A DNA stretch of 64,000 bases from Octopus vulgaris. Taxonomy: Eukaryota. A program made the translations under genes and the position numbers. The notes under the pieces were generated by a model. The model worked only from the letters and a program-made list of their open reading frames with translations, did not search any database and was not told where the DNA came from. Positions 1-12,028 of the stretch are shown piece after piece (the first letter of the stretch is position 1; the number at the start of each line of letters is the position of its first letter). The DNA lies in the NCBI GenBank assembly GCA_951406725.2, contig OX597817.1:7626001-7690000 (forward strand), read 5' to 3'.

Positions 1-84
1 GAGCGATTAATTGCTTCGTGAACTGAAGATAGATCTTCTTTACCTGACGTTGGTCCATCTTCTTTCTGCCCACAAAAGAACATA

Positions 85-280
85 GTAAAATAAATGCGGC
101 CTTTTAAAGCCTAGCCAGGTTCATGGGCCCCGTTTCCGGGTTTCAATGGTGTATGTGTTCCCCAGCTGAACGGGACGCCAGTCCATCGCAGCGTAACTCA
201 TTTCTGTCAGCTGAGTGGAGTGAAGCAACGTGAAATGAAGTGTTTTGCTTAAGAACAAAACGCGTCACCCGGTTCAGGAG
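85..280 (-). mobile_element. tRNA-derived CORE-like SINE, 5'-truncated
   Basis: Same body and tail as the copies at 16328-16574 and 28313-28558 (ccagctggacgggacgccagtccatcgcagcg...gagtggag...caacgtg). Confidence 0.75.
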
Positions 281-432
281 TCATCTGTCTTCGTCTTTTT
301 TCTTTTTCTTTTTTGTAAATTCTCACTATATATATATATATATTTATATATATATACGACGGGCTTCTTTCAGTTTCTTTCTACCAAATCCACTCACCCG
401 AGGCTATAGATACACACGCACACACACATACT

Positions 433-473
<41 letters not shown>

Positions 474-820
474 GAAATATTAAAATTACTAAGTCTCTCT
501 AAAAGAGAACAGCGGCAGCGTTCCCGGAAAATAATAGTTATCGCCATACTAATATGGCATTCTTATAAAACCATCGAACAGAGATTGTCGGAAGCGACAC
601 CTACTGGCTGGCTACGCTGCATTGAAAAGGGGCAATACCCCGAAACGTGTCTGTAGCTGCCGGTCAAGTAGTGTGGAGCGACTGACCTCCCTTGTTCGAA
701 GGTTATATGGAAACAGTTTGTGTATCAAATAGCTAACTTAAGGCGATGGCCTCATGGAGCTAATAAGCGGACAGCTTTATTCTTATTTTTATAAGAATGC
801 CATATTAGTATGGCGATAAC

Positions 821-826
<6 letters not shown>
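474..826 (+). mobile_element. Non-coding Penelope-like (pseudo-LTR-type) element in (TA)n with inverted repeat and hammerhead
   Basis: Flanked by (TA)n on both sides; perfect 40-bp inverted repeat at 531-570 / 787-826; hammerhead motif at 616-657. Confidence 0.65.
616..657 (+). ncRNA. Minimal type I hammerhead ribozyme, U3-A8 core variant
   Basis: gctgca TTGAAAA gggg caata cccc GAAA cgtg TC tgtagc: stem I gctgca/tgtagc, stem II gggg/cccc, GUC cleavage triplet. Confidence 0.7.
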
Positions 827-875
<49 letters not shown>

Positions 876-880
876 TATAT

Positions 881-915
<35 letters not shown>

Positions 916-1188
916 TAGTCAAAAAAATAAACGAAGCACAAAGCCTTGGTAAAAGTATGTATTAGGTTGACGCTCAGGAAAATTGGAAGAGGCCGAACGT
1001 TTCTGTCTCGCTCTTCTACAGAAAAGATAGATAAAGTTAGGCGGAAAATAAGAGTTAAATATTCAAAGAAAACGAAGAAGTTGGCTTGATGTATGGGTGG
1101 CGAAGGAACAACAGTGACCTGTCTTCTGTACGTGCGTTTACGCCCACTAGCACACAGACACACACACAGATACACACACACACACATA

Positions 1189-1219
<31 letters not shown>

Positions 1220-1594
1220 TGACACACACACTCACACATATGTCAGGTCACCGTTTTATTTTTTTAACGTAGGAGGCAAGTATTTTTATTTTATATTTAT
1301 ATATATATATGAAAGTAGAAATACGAAAATATGTTTTCACATAGCAAATGTTCCCATATAAAAATTTTTTGTAGATGTATTAATGCATAAGTGAGTTTTA
1401 CATTCGCAACATAAAAAAAAGAGAAAGAGAAAGAAAAATTGAAGAGTTCTCGTATAAAAAGGAGTTTTACCGAAGGAATTCCATTGCATGTTGTAGACCA
1501 AAAGGTGTACTGAAGTAGAAGATAAATCATATTATGCTTACAGGGACCGGTTTTGATGTTGTTCTGCAAAAACTATATTACGTTTAATGAAAAC

Positions 1595-1884
1595 CAGTGC
1601 TTCCTAAACTTTTTTCTGGCTACCACCCTCTTGGCACCCAACCTACATTTCTAGTGACTCCCCTCCCACCCATCACTACAAACATAGACCACTTTCTGAA
1701 GCAAATTCAAAACAACCGTATATCCCAAGTACAACTTATCCTATTTTTTATGGTTTTCACATCCATAGACCCTTTTGGCTACCCCATTATCGCCCCTCTT
1801 TTCTTTAACGCCATACTCCTCCCGCCCCCTGGATCTTTCCACTGCTCCCAAGGAGTGCAGTACCGCTCACTTTGGGAACCACTG
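1595..1884. mobile_element. hAT-like MITE
   Basis: Imperfect TIRs CAGTGcTTCCtAAAcT / cactttgggaaccactg, resembling hAT/Charlie ends; the 8-bp TSD is only partly conserved. Confidence 0.5.
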
Positions 1885-2231
1885 ACTTAAACTAGCGCCT
1901 TTATAAAATCAGCTGTACATGCTGGTTACAAGTCTAAGCACCCTCACACCTTCTTGAACTATCCATGAGCATATTGGCTATAAGTTCTCTGCATTAATGA
2001 TTTCTGTAAACTGGATAGATTGATTTGCATATTTAACACTTTGTGACAGACAGTTCGAAACTGAATTTGGGTTTTGTGAAAAGCGTTTAGTTTCATTGCT
2101 GTAATATAAAATATATCGAAAAAGGTTTAGCCAACAATGTACATAATGGCGAAAGTAAATATTGCTTCTATATATAGTGTATGGACATATATATAATATA
2201 TACAGATGTATGTATAAATAAATGTACTATC

Positions 2232-2632
2232 TTATTTCTTTACTGCCCACAAGGGGCAACACACAGAGGGGACAAACCAAGACAGACAAACGGATTAAGT
2301 CGACTCATCGACTCCAGTGCGTAACTGATACTTATTTAATCGACTCCGAAAAGATGAAAGGCAAAGTCGACCTCGGCGGAATTTGAACTCAGAACGTAAC
2401 GGCAGACGAAATACCTATTTCTTTACTACCCACAAGGGGCTAAACACAGAGAGGCCAAACAAGGACAGACAAACGGATTAAGTCGATTCTATCGACCCCA
2501 GTGCGAAACTGGTACTTAATTTATCGACCCCGAAAGGATGAAAGGCAAAGTCGACCTCGAGGGAATTTGAACTCAGAACGAAATACGGCTACGCATCTTT
2601 TCCCGGCGTGCTAACGTTTCTGCCAGCTCGCC
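2232..2632 (-). mobile_element. Meta-domain tRNA-SINE, tandem partial dimer
   Basis: Two consecutive units with the reverse complement of gcctttcatcctttcggggtcgataaattaagtaccag and a B box gagttcaaattcc. Confidence 0.8.
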
Positions 2633-2897
2633 TGTGCTATCTATACTACTTATGTATGTATGTTGTAGTTTTGTTCGGGAAAACATATAAAGCCCGAGGC
2701 AAATTAGAGAACTCAATGCTTTTAAGCCGACATTGTACATACTTTTTTGCTTTTGCTCTTCTAAAGTTGAAATACAACAAAATTACTAACTTTTTCTCTC
2801 ATTCCGCAGTTTGACAAGCATTCTTGTCAAACTCTGACAGAGAAAAACAGATAGTATGTGTTTCTCATTCGATTTTTACATAAAATATATGTAAGTA

Positions 2898-2939
<42 letters not shown>

Positions 2940-5408
2940 GGAGAGTGTCTAAAATAAACTGCATTATAATTTCCAAAAGATTCCATTGCAGGAGTTTTGG
3001 TTGTTCACTTTCAATAAAACCATAAACAGCCGCGTACTATCTTGACAATTAGCATAATTTGTTTCTTGTAACCTAATACGGTAACTTTTCTCTAAGCAGT
3101 CATAATAAAATCGACAAACAAGACGAGGATGCCTGGAAACCATTTTAATGGCAGGATGTATATCAGTGAGTCTCTTCCTTGATTATTCCAATGAAATATT
3201 TAGTTGTGTGTTTCTAATGAAAGGAAAGCCGTACCAATATACGGGACTGATTATGGAGTTTTCCATTCTACTTGTGGTTTTATTTTGTGCACAAAACTAG
3301 GGTTTTCAATTAATGTATGTATTACATCTGTTCTGCTGTGTAATTTGAAGGTATTGTAGATGACGATGGGTACCTGCTACGTTTGCCAAATGCAACAAAC
3401 TACAGCTTTGTGGTCCAACGAGAGCATTAGATAGTCTCTCCGGGAAACGCTGCGTATGGTTATTTACAGGGCGATGCAGTATTTCTCTTTACGCAACCTC
3501 CGTACTCACTCATGTCTGCGGGAAAGCCTACTCACTACACACATAAACACATGGACACATATACGAAAAAGACACACACACATATAGAAAGAGAGGGTGC
3601 GAGAGAGAGAGACAGAGGGGTAGAGAGAGGCGTGACATTTGAGTGAACAGTCACACATACACACACACACACTCATATGTGTTTGTGCGCGCGCATATGT
3701 GTGTGTGCATGCGTGTGTGTGTGCGTGTGTATGTATGTGTATACGTGTGTGTGTGTGTGTGTGTAAGTGCGTGTGTATGCATGTAAAGATAGATACACAC
3801 CCGTACACGCACTTATAAATACACATATTCAAAGTGGTTTGTGAGAGCATGAAGTTATCTGTGTAACGCTAGATGCGTATTGCTATTATTATGGATACGT
3901 TTCATGAGTCTGTTACGCTCTGATTCCATTACAGCTGAACATGATGCAACAAGCTAGAGCATATTTTCAAACGTAGTGACACTATTAATATGAATTCATA
4001 ACGATATCCTGTGTGACCTGTGTTTATGCAGAGTTGGGAAATGGGATTTTTATAGCTCCAAATCCAAGCGAATGTCCAATATTCTTTGATGATCGATACA
4101 CTGGTAGTTGGAAGTTTAATCAATCCATCGATAGCTTTATAATCTGCTAACCAAACATATGCAATGATATTTTTAGAAAATAGAAAGGTTGTTTTATGCA
4201 TATTCACTTATTATAATATATCGATATTTGTATCAATGTCGGTATGTATGTATATTTTTATCTGGAAATCGAAGGAAACAAGTTTTCCACCCGTGATTTT
4301 CTCTCCTATAGAAGTCAAGAGTTCTTCTCAAACAACAGCAAGAGAGAAAATATTAGTATATCTTCCGTATTTCATTTCTAGAAAAAAAATCTGTGTCTTG
4401 TCAGTTTAAAAGCTTCGTGTCTTTTTTTCTTTCTTCTTTGATTTCACCTTGTGTTTATATTTTTGTGACAAACTATATATATGTAGTTCATAGATGAGAA
4501 TCGGATATTCTTCGTATAGAATACACTTATTAGGGCTCAAGAGATGATTTAAACTTGAACGGATATAGCAGTAAATATTGGGATAAGCATGTTAGATCAA
4601 TATACAATGTATATTAAACACACGAAATACAAAAAAATACTTCCTTCAACCCCTTTAATTCTCTGTATCATTTGCATTCAGTATAAGTTGGACCTTTTTG
4701 TGCGCACACATATATACATTTTTTTGTAGTCCATGTTTTTGATATACTTTTTATTTTGATCTGCCTAATTTTCTTATCCCTACATTTACTTATGTATGAC
4801 CACGACCGCATGGCTGAAACGAGCAAAAGAGTGTGTGTGTGTGTGTTTGTAACGTTAGCTGAGTTAGAGGTTAAAATAACCGTCTAAGGGATAGAAGTAC
4901 CCATTATACTACCGCTATAATACCTATGTTTAACCATAGGTATACATATGCAAGCTTATTATGCTCATCAATTATAGGGAAAGACAAGGATAAACATGAG
5001 TTGATCAAGAGTCTAAATTTAAAGAAAACAGAAAATGGAGATATATTGATGAACAACAATTGACTTACATCAATTAGTATGTATTAATTCAATAGAAATA
5101 GACTGCATCCCAACTAACAGCTGTTTCTGCTTCCAATAGTGTATGGTATTGCCATTGTTATGCAAAAACTATCATATTTGGTGATAAAACCGATTTGAAA
5201 CATGGTGCTTCATCAGAGTGAAGAATAAATAAAAATGAAGAAGGGCCTTGAGAAGAAAAAGGAAAAGTTGAATATGGTTATAACCATGCCATTTTGCTTA
5301 TACAAATTTTTCCTTCCTGTCAACCTTCAGTGCCAATTGTATGTAGCTATTATTTTAACTCGTCAAATGTAATATTACTTGAATAATATAGATAGACAGG
5401 TAGACACA

Positions 5409-5471
<63 letters not shown>

Positions 5472-5963
5472 GTACAAACAACGGAAATGGCTAAAGTCAG
5501 TTGGGTGTGAATCTGAGGTATCTCCAGAGAAGCATACAACCCGAATACTGGGCTATCAAAACTGTCAGGATTCAAGCCAAGGCCGAAATACTTTTGGTGT
5601 AGAAAATCCAAGTTTCACGACGATTATACTGTCATATGGTTTAGCAAAGAGTAAATAATCCAATGAAAAGAAGACGACAAAGAAAAATCTTTAACACATC
5701 TTTAATTATAAGTTACATATGTTTCCGTACCATCTCCATTTGCAACTCTAGTTTACACGAAAATTGCGTAATATAGTTTTAGGCACTGGTGATGCACTTC
5801 CTGAGACTTGATTCAAAGTCATGCTATTACAGTGTGTTTCTTTCATATCTTGTTGTTATGAAGGTAGCGGAAAGAAATAAAAAGGAAAAAAATTAAAAGT
5901 GTATATGCGGGATGGGTATGTGGGGAAGAGATTATGTGGGGGGGGATCAAGAGGCATATGTCC

Positions 5964-6010
<47 letters not shown>

Positions 6011-6386
6011 CAAGTGTACGTGCAAGTGTATATATTTACATATTTACATATACATGTGTGTGTACGTTAGAGTGTGTGTGCGAGTCTGTAGGTGTGTGTG
6101 TACGTGAATGTGTGCGCGGGTATATACGTGTGTGTGTTTCTACGTGTACATTTTTGGATGTATGTTTGTCTTTTACTATTACTACTTGTACCTCTCTGCC
6201 AGTGCCGAAACGCTCTAACGTCATAACATTTAGATCCCCGCAAAACATACATCTTTAATATCCTCAACCTTTGAGGCCGGAGAATTGTCTAGATATCAAT
6301 TTAATAGATATTCTCAATTTAAATTGTCGCAGACCAATGTCGATGTGGTCAAATATATCGTGTTCCATCGAACAAATCTTGGTAAC

Positions 6387-6432
<46 letters not shown>

Positions 6433-7033
6433 CAATACACGCACAGATTCAGAAACACCTAAACGATCGTATAGGTAGATCAGGAAACCCATATAGACAA
6501 GTATATACGTCCATACATAAAAGCATATATACATATATGCACACACCTATATACATACATATACACATATACACATACATACACACACACAGATACGCAC
6601 ACACACACATACACATACACACACACACACATACACACACACAAACACACTCACACGCACACACACACACATATTTTTTTTTTTTTCGATTCGATTTATT
6701 ATTATTATTACTAGTATTGTTGTTATACATATAAGCATATGTAATGATAATAATAAGTGGATGTAAACACATGAACAAAATAAAAATAAACAAAAACAAC
6801 AACAAAAAACAAAAACAACGACAAAAAAACAAAAACAAAACAAAAAAACAAATTACATGAACATATATAAACAGAAGATACAAATATTACAGGCATCCCC
6901 CCACATCACACACTAAATAAACATAAACGCACATAGAGATATAAGCATGCGCAAATGAAGACATACAATAGAAATACAAAATGGCTGACGGTTAGTAAGG
7001 AGAGACACAAATAAGAAAGAAGAAAACAAAGGA

Positions 7034-7073
7034 CCACTGATGCGGTCACAGGAGTGTGACGAAAGAACTCTGG
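7034..7073 (+). ncRNA. Degenerate minimal hammerhead ribozyme
   Basis: cca CTGATGC g gtcac aggagt gtgac GAAA gaac TC tgg: stems I and II pair, but A9 is changed to C. Confidence 0.5.
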
Positions 7074-7250
7074 CCGAAATAAGATTAAGATTAATGTAAA
7101 AAATAAATAACAATGAAGCAAAATAGCACCAAATATATAGTGCGTGTGTTTTTATTGGCTAAACTGGCAATATGACCATTCCGAAATATAACAATATCTG
7201 TTTCAACACACGACTTCACATAAAAAATCTTGCACAACAAATATTTAAAC

Positions 7251-7285
<35 letters not shown>

Positions 7286-7829
7286 AGATGGATTTCGTAT
7301 TAGACTGTTCCGACTCAGCAGTCTGGGTCTGTTCAGGTACATTGATGAAGAAGTTTCACAAGAGATTTTTAGTGTCAGCTTGCTTATTGTTATATGCCCA
7401 TCGAATTCGGGAATGAATAAAAGTAAATAATATAGAAACGCAAAAAACTTCGAATACGAACAGAGAAATCATGCGTTCCAGTATAGATAAAATGACCCAA
7501 TCAGCTTTCGCTGTCATAACTGCTTAGAGAGAAAAGGAAGCAGAAGGAGAAAGGAAGATTAATACCACAAGTAGTTTCATGTTTGTGCATATATAAATAC
7601 ACACATACATATACATATATGTACCTACGCATACACACAGATATACATACACACACACATACACGTACATATATAAACACATATACACATACACACAGAT
7701 ATAAATAAACACACGTATACACATGTATACATAAAGAAATATACAAACACATGCACACACCAATATATATATATTATTTATATGATATGTATGTATGTAT
7801 TTATACACACACACATATATATATTTATA

Positions 7830-8070
7830 TATTATTCAAAGGAATTCCAACTCTGTCTGTTTTTTATGTTTTATTTATATTCTTTATAATATTAATGTAG
7901 GATATAGAATATATAGAATATATAGTATATATAGTAAAATGTAATGAAGTATTGATTGTCTTATTGAATAGATGAAATATTGAATATCAAATATTAAGGG
8001 ACTAGTGTACTTTCTTGAATTTAAGCAGCCTTCAAGGTCTCAGGTTGTGACAGGAATTTTCAACTGTATA
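7830..8070 (-). mobile_element. Diverged solo terminal fragment related to the Penelope element at 31-34 kb
   Basis: ggaattccaactctgtctgttttttatgttttatttata resembles 31072-31110; it keeps an actag..gtactttc hammerhead remnant and lies between (TA)n tracts. Confidence 0.55.
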
Positions 8071-8717
8071 TATATATATACTTATATATATATACACACA
8101 CATAGACCTATAGGTCTACATGCAAAAAACGTGCAAACCCATACACAGACGTATATGCATACATAGACAAAGAGGGAGATATACCTTTGTGCATATAACC
8201 ACTCAAAAATGCACATAAACAGAAACACACACGTATATGTACTCCGGTGGGATGCAGGCACACACAGAAACACACACACGGACCCACACACATAGACACT
8301 TGCATACAGACACACATACTCTCACACACACACCGACACACACATATCCGGACACACACTCGCACATGCGCACAGATATACAAATACCCACACAATATAT
8401 ACATATATATATATATATGTCCGGAAAATTTTTTGTGGTTGTGGGTGCGTGCGCGCAACAATTTCTACAGCATATCCGAATGAACAGAGAAAGAAATACA
8501 CAAAATATATTTGACAAATCTGTCGTATGCGTCGGTTTTATTTTTGAAAGGTAAACGATTCTGATAGAAGTTATTATTCTACTGTCAATTCATTGAATTA
8601 ATCCCAACAAAATACTACAAGTTTAGTCACTGGCTCAGCAACTATGTGTGTGCTCTTCATTCCAAAATAATAAAACTGTAACATACTTCCAAAATGGACT
8701 TAATCCATGTGTATCCG

Positions 8718-8809
8718 CGTGCCATAGCTCAGTCGGTAGAGCACCAGACTTTTAAGAACTGTCGAGTTATGAAATCTGAGGGTCGCGGGTTCAAGTCCTT
8801 CTGCGGGCG
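8718..8809 (+). tRNA. tRNA-Lys-TTT: tRNA-Lys(TTT) with 19-nt intron; probable retro-pseudogene
   Basis: D arm TAGCTCAGTCGGTAGAGC, anticodon TTT at 8751-8753, intron 8755-8773 after position 37, T loop GGTTCAAGTCC, 3' end TGCGGGCG. The 5' acceptor strand does not pair and the T stem has a mismatch. Confidence 0.85.
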
Positions 8810-8820
8810 ACAAGAGTTTT

Positions 8821-8882
8821 AACGGCGGTGCCCCAGCATGGCCACAGCTCGTGAGCTGAAACTAGATGAAATGAAATGAAAA
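8821..8882 (+). mobile_element. LINE 3' tail with (TGAAA)n fused to the pre-tRNA
   Basis: aacggcggtgccccagcatggccacagctcgtgagctgaaactaga matches the LINE end at 54089-54133 with 3 substitutions and 1 indel. Confidence 0.8.
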
Positions 8883-10102
8883 ATATGCGTCCATGCGCGT
8901 GTGAGTAGGGGTGCGCAAGAAAAACATTTACGGAAATGTAATCAAAAATTTATATCAAAGTAAGTTGTATTTATATGGCACACTTGCAATTCTCCATATA
9001 AATGATAGCAAAGTGTGAATGAAATGAAATTAAAATCGTGGTTCAATGACAGATCATTCAAGTTACTAAAGCTTCAACGGTGTTGGTAACAATATATTCT
9101 CTCTGTGAATTGAACTTTGAAAAAGAGAGAAAATCAAGGGAAATTAATTTTGGCGGGTAACGATTAAACCCCTTGATTCATTATCACAATGAAAAAATGT
9201 CCAGAGGTGTAACATTGTGCAAGTTCATTTCCATAAATGTTCCCACAACCACAAAAATTCTCAGGACTTTTAGCTGTTATTTTTAGCATATCAAGTTTCG
9301 TTGTGAGGGCTTCACAAGCCGTGGTCCTTTTGCTCTTTTACTATAAATCTACGCATGCGGAAACGGACAAAACAGCCATTCATTTTTACTTTTAGACAGC
9401 AAGATGGGTTGTGGATCAATTCTGAAATTAGAATTTGTCCCCCACCCATATTCTTAATCTCCGTATTTTTCCACGAAGATTGAAAAACAAAATTTCGAAA
9501 AAGTTAAAAATTTGGGCGTGGGGAGGAATTTAAAATATTGAAAAAGTGTTCTTTTTATTCGCAAAATTTTGAATTACTATATTTTGAAGCACAATTCGCT
9601 ACTTTTTGAAAATATGGAGCTACCTTTTATGAAACTGAACTGATAACTGCATTAAAGAATGGTATGTGTGTCGTGCAAGCGTATACGACAAGAATTTAAC
9701 ACGATAGTTTTGTGGAGAGGCACAAAACGGGCAAAGATAGAAGAGACGAGTGTCAGAAATGTTTGGACGGAAGTGACATAAGCGTAACGGGCTTTAATAG
9801 ACCGAACTGTAGTAGGGATAGAAATGATAGAGTGAATATACGATACTTATGTAGGTTCATGTTGAAGTGCGTTACTAAGTTCGTCCCAATCAGTCTACCG
9901 AAATGTTTTCTTATGGATACAGTCTGCGATGTTTTATGCAGTGTCTTCGAGATGGTCGATGAAGAATTCTAAGGGCGAGTTTTGACTCTGTAACTGTTCG
10001 GGCTTAGGTGGAAAGTAAAGTGAATCGACGGACTACGAAACTAACCTTAAATACAGCCTACGGAAACCTTACTAAAAGCTATTTTCATTTTATATTTTTC
10101 AG

Positions 10103-10229
10103 GAAGTCGTCATGGTTGTGTGGTTCACACTGGAGTATCTGCTCCGAATTTGGTCTGCCGGGTGTCGATCGAGATATCAAGGATGGATGGGGAGGATCAA
10201 GTTCGCCAGGAGGCCCTTCTGTGTGGTAG
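10103..10229 (+). CDS. KCNQ: Internal exon of a KCNQ/Kv7 voltage-gated potassium channel (S2 to start of S3)
   Basis: Polypyrimidine tract plus ttcAG acceptor and G|GTAAGT donor; 127 bp, phase 0 to 1. Translates [42 protein letters not shown], containing the KCNQ signature [19 protein letters not shown]. Confidence 0.95.
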
Positions 10230-10700
10230 GTAAGTTATCTTTTGTACGCTATTGGCTAAACGATACCATGGCAGATCCCATAAGCGATTGTCGAGAGGTA
10301 CGGTTCAGAAAACAACAGCTGTATAGAAAACTTTGTCTGGAAAAAAATCTCCTTACAGTGACATGCATACATTCATGATTGTATAAATGTATATGCATAC
10401 GTACGTACATACATTCATAAGAATAAACCCCATACATTCATGCAAACATACGCTCATACACACAAACAACTGATACACTTCAAGGATTTTTCTTTTATTT
10501 CCTACGTTCTTTTTTCTGAATACACCTTTCGCTCTCTGTCTGTCTCTTTCTCAATTTCTCTCTCTTTCTCTATCTCTCTCTCTCTCTATCTATCTATTTA
10601 TCGGTCTGTCCCTCTTTTACCTTTCCGCCTCTGTCTCCCACCCCTCTTACTCTCCTTTTTCTTTTTCTCTCTCACTCCCTTTCTTTATATAGCTAGCTAC

Positions 10701-10701
<1 letters not shown>

Positions 10702-10790
<89 letters not shown>
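10702..10790 (+). repeat. (GATA)n microsatellite
   Basis: Direct reading. Confidence 0.95.
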
Positions 10791-11967
10791 CTTCTCCTTT
10801 ATTCAGTTTTAAGTCACTCATCCGTACCACTTCAAGGTTCGGATATTTATTCGATAAACAAAAAACGAGAGCATAAACTCATATTCTAAATTGATAACCT
10901 TTCATAAGTATTATTAAATTCCTCCATATGTGAAAGCAGAAAGTTATGAGAAGCAAAACTATCAACCATTTAATAAACTGATGAATAGAAAGACTACCAA
11001 CCATTTAATAGACTTAAATAGAAGGCTCGGAGCTACTTTCCCGTTGTTTTTACAGCCTATCTATATTACGAACATTGTTGACGAGGGCATATTTATGATG
11101 TGTTTCAATGTCGTTTATGAACCATATTTAACCAGCAACGACCAGAAGCGAACGGCTCTTTAAATAGAATCAACCAGATTTTATAAATAGGTTTCTTTGA
11201 TATATGTTAATAGTAAGGGAGGTGAATGAAAGAACCGATAGAGCGACGACTTAAATGTTTTAAATTCTTTGCAATATTTCTTTATGTCCTTTTATGATGT
11301 GGATTAAAATCTTGTCACGATTCGACTTTGCTTTCATCTTTCATACTTTGGAGGTCGATAAAATAAATAACAGTTAAGTACTGTGATTTATATAATAGTC
11401 TATAACCCTAAACCCCAAAACAACTTGGTCTAGTTCATGTGTTAGAAATCGATATTTACATAGGTACAAAACCAATTGTTTGTAGGCGTGAGTTATTGTT
11501 GATAAAAATTACTATCGGCGAATAGAAAAACGAGAAGCAACTTAACTCATAGTGGGGTTTGCTCAAGGATCATAGAGACTTGATTACACCACACTTTAAT
11601 ATACTATATATACGCACATTAATGGTTAGAATATTGGGTTCATGAACGTACGGTAGTGGGTTCGATTTCAGAATCAGTAGACTCACAGTATTCTTGGAAA
11701 GACAATTCTTTTCACATTATTCGAATGCTCTCTGCTGAAAATGAATTAAATCTGTTGCCACACTCCACAGGTGTTTATCTCAAAGTCTTTAAAATGCAAG
11801 ATATCAACGAATCTTTAATACTACGAGATATATACTGGATGACGTTCTTGTTCAACATTAATCTATAGTCGTAGTCAATCCTTATTTTCCCCTTTCATTC
11901 ATATAAAATTAACAGATATATATATATATATATATACATATACGTACACTTTGGTCTCTTATATGTA

Positions 11968-12028
<61 letters not shown>

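Noticed and set aside
980-1030. Hammerhead-like motif on the minus strand
   Set aside because: Core and stems are too degenerate, although the region may be a pseudo-LTR remnant related to 57780-57900.
8718-8809. Functional tRNA-Lys gene
   Set aside because: The acceptor stem cannot pair, the T stem has a mismatch, and it is fused to a LINE tail.
10008-10229. 73-aa ORF overlapping the exon, and the extension of ORF 10112-10378 past 10229
   Set aside because: The first is the wrong frame and the second is intron read-through; KCNQ similarity stops at the GT donor.
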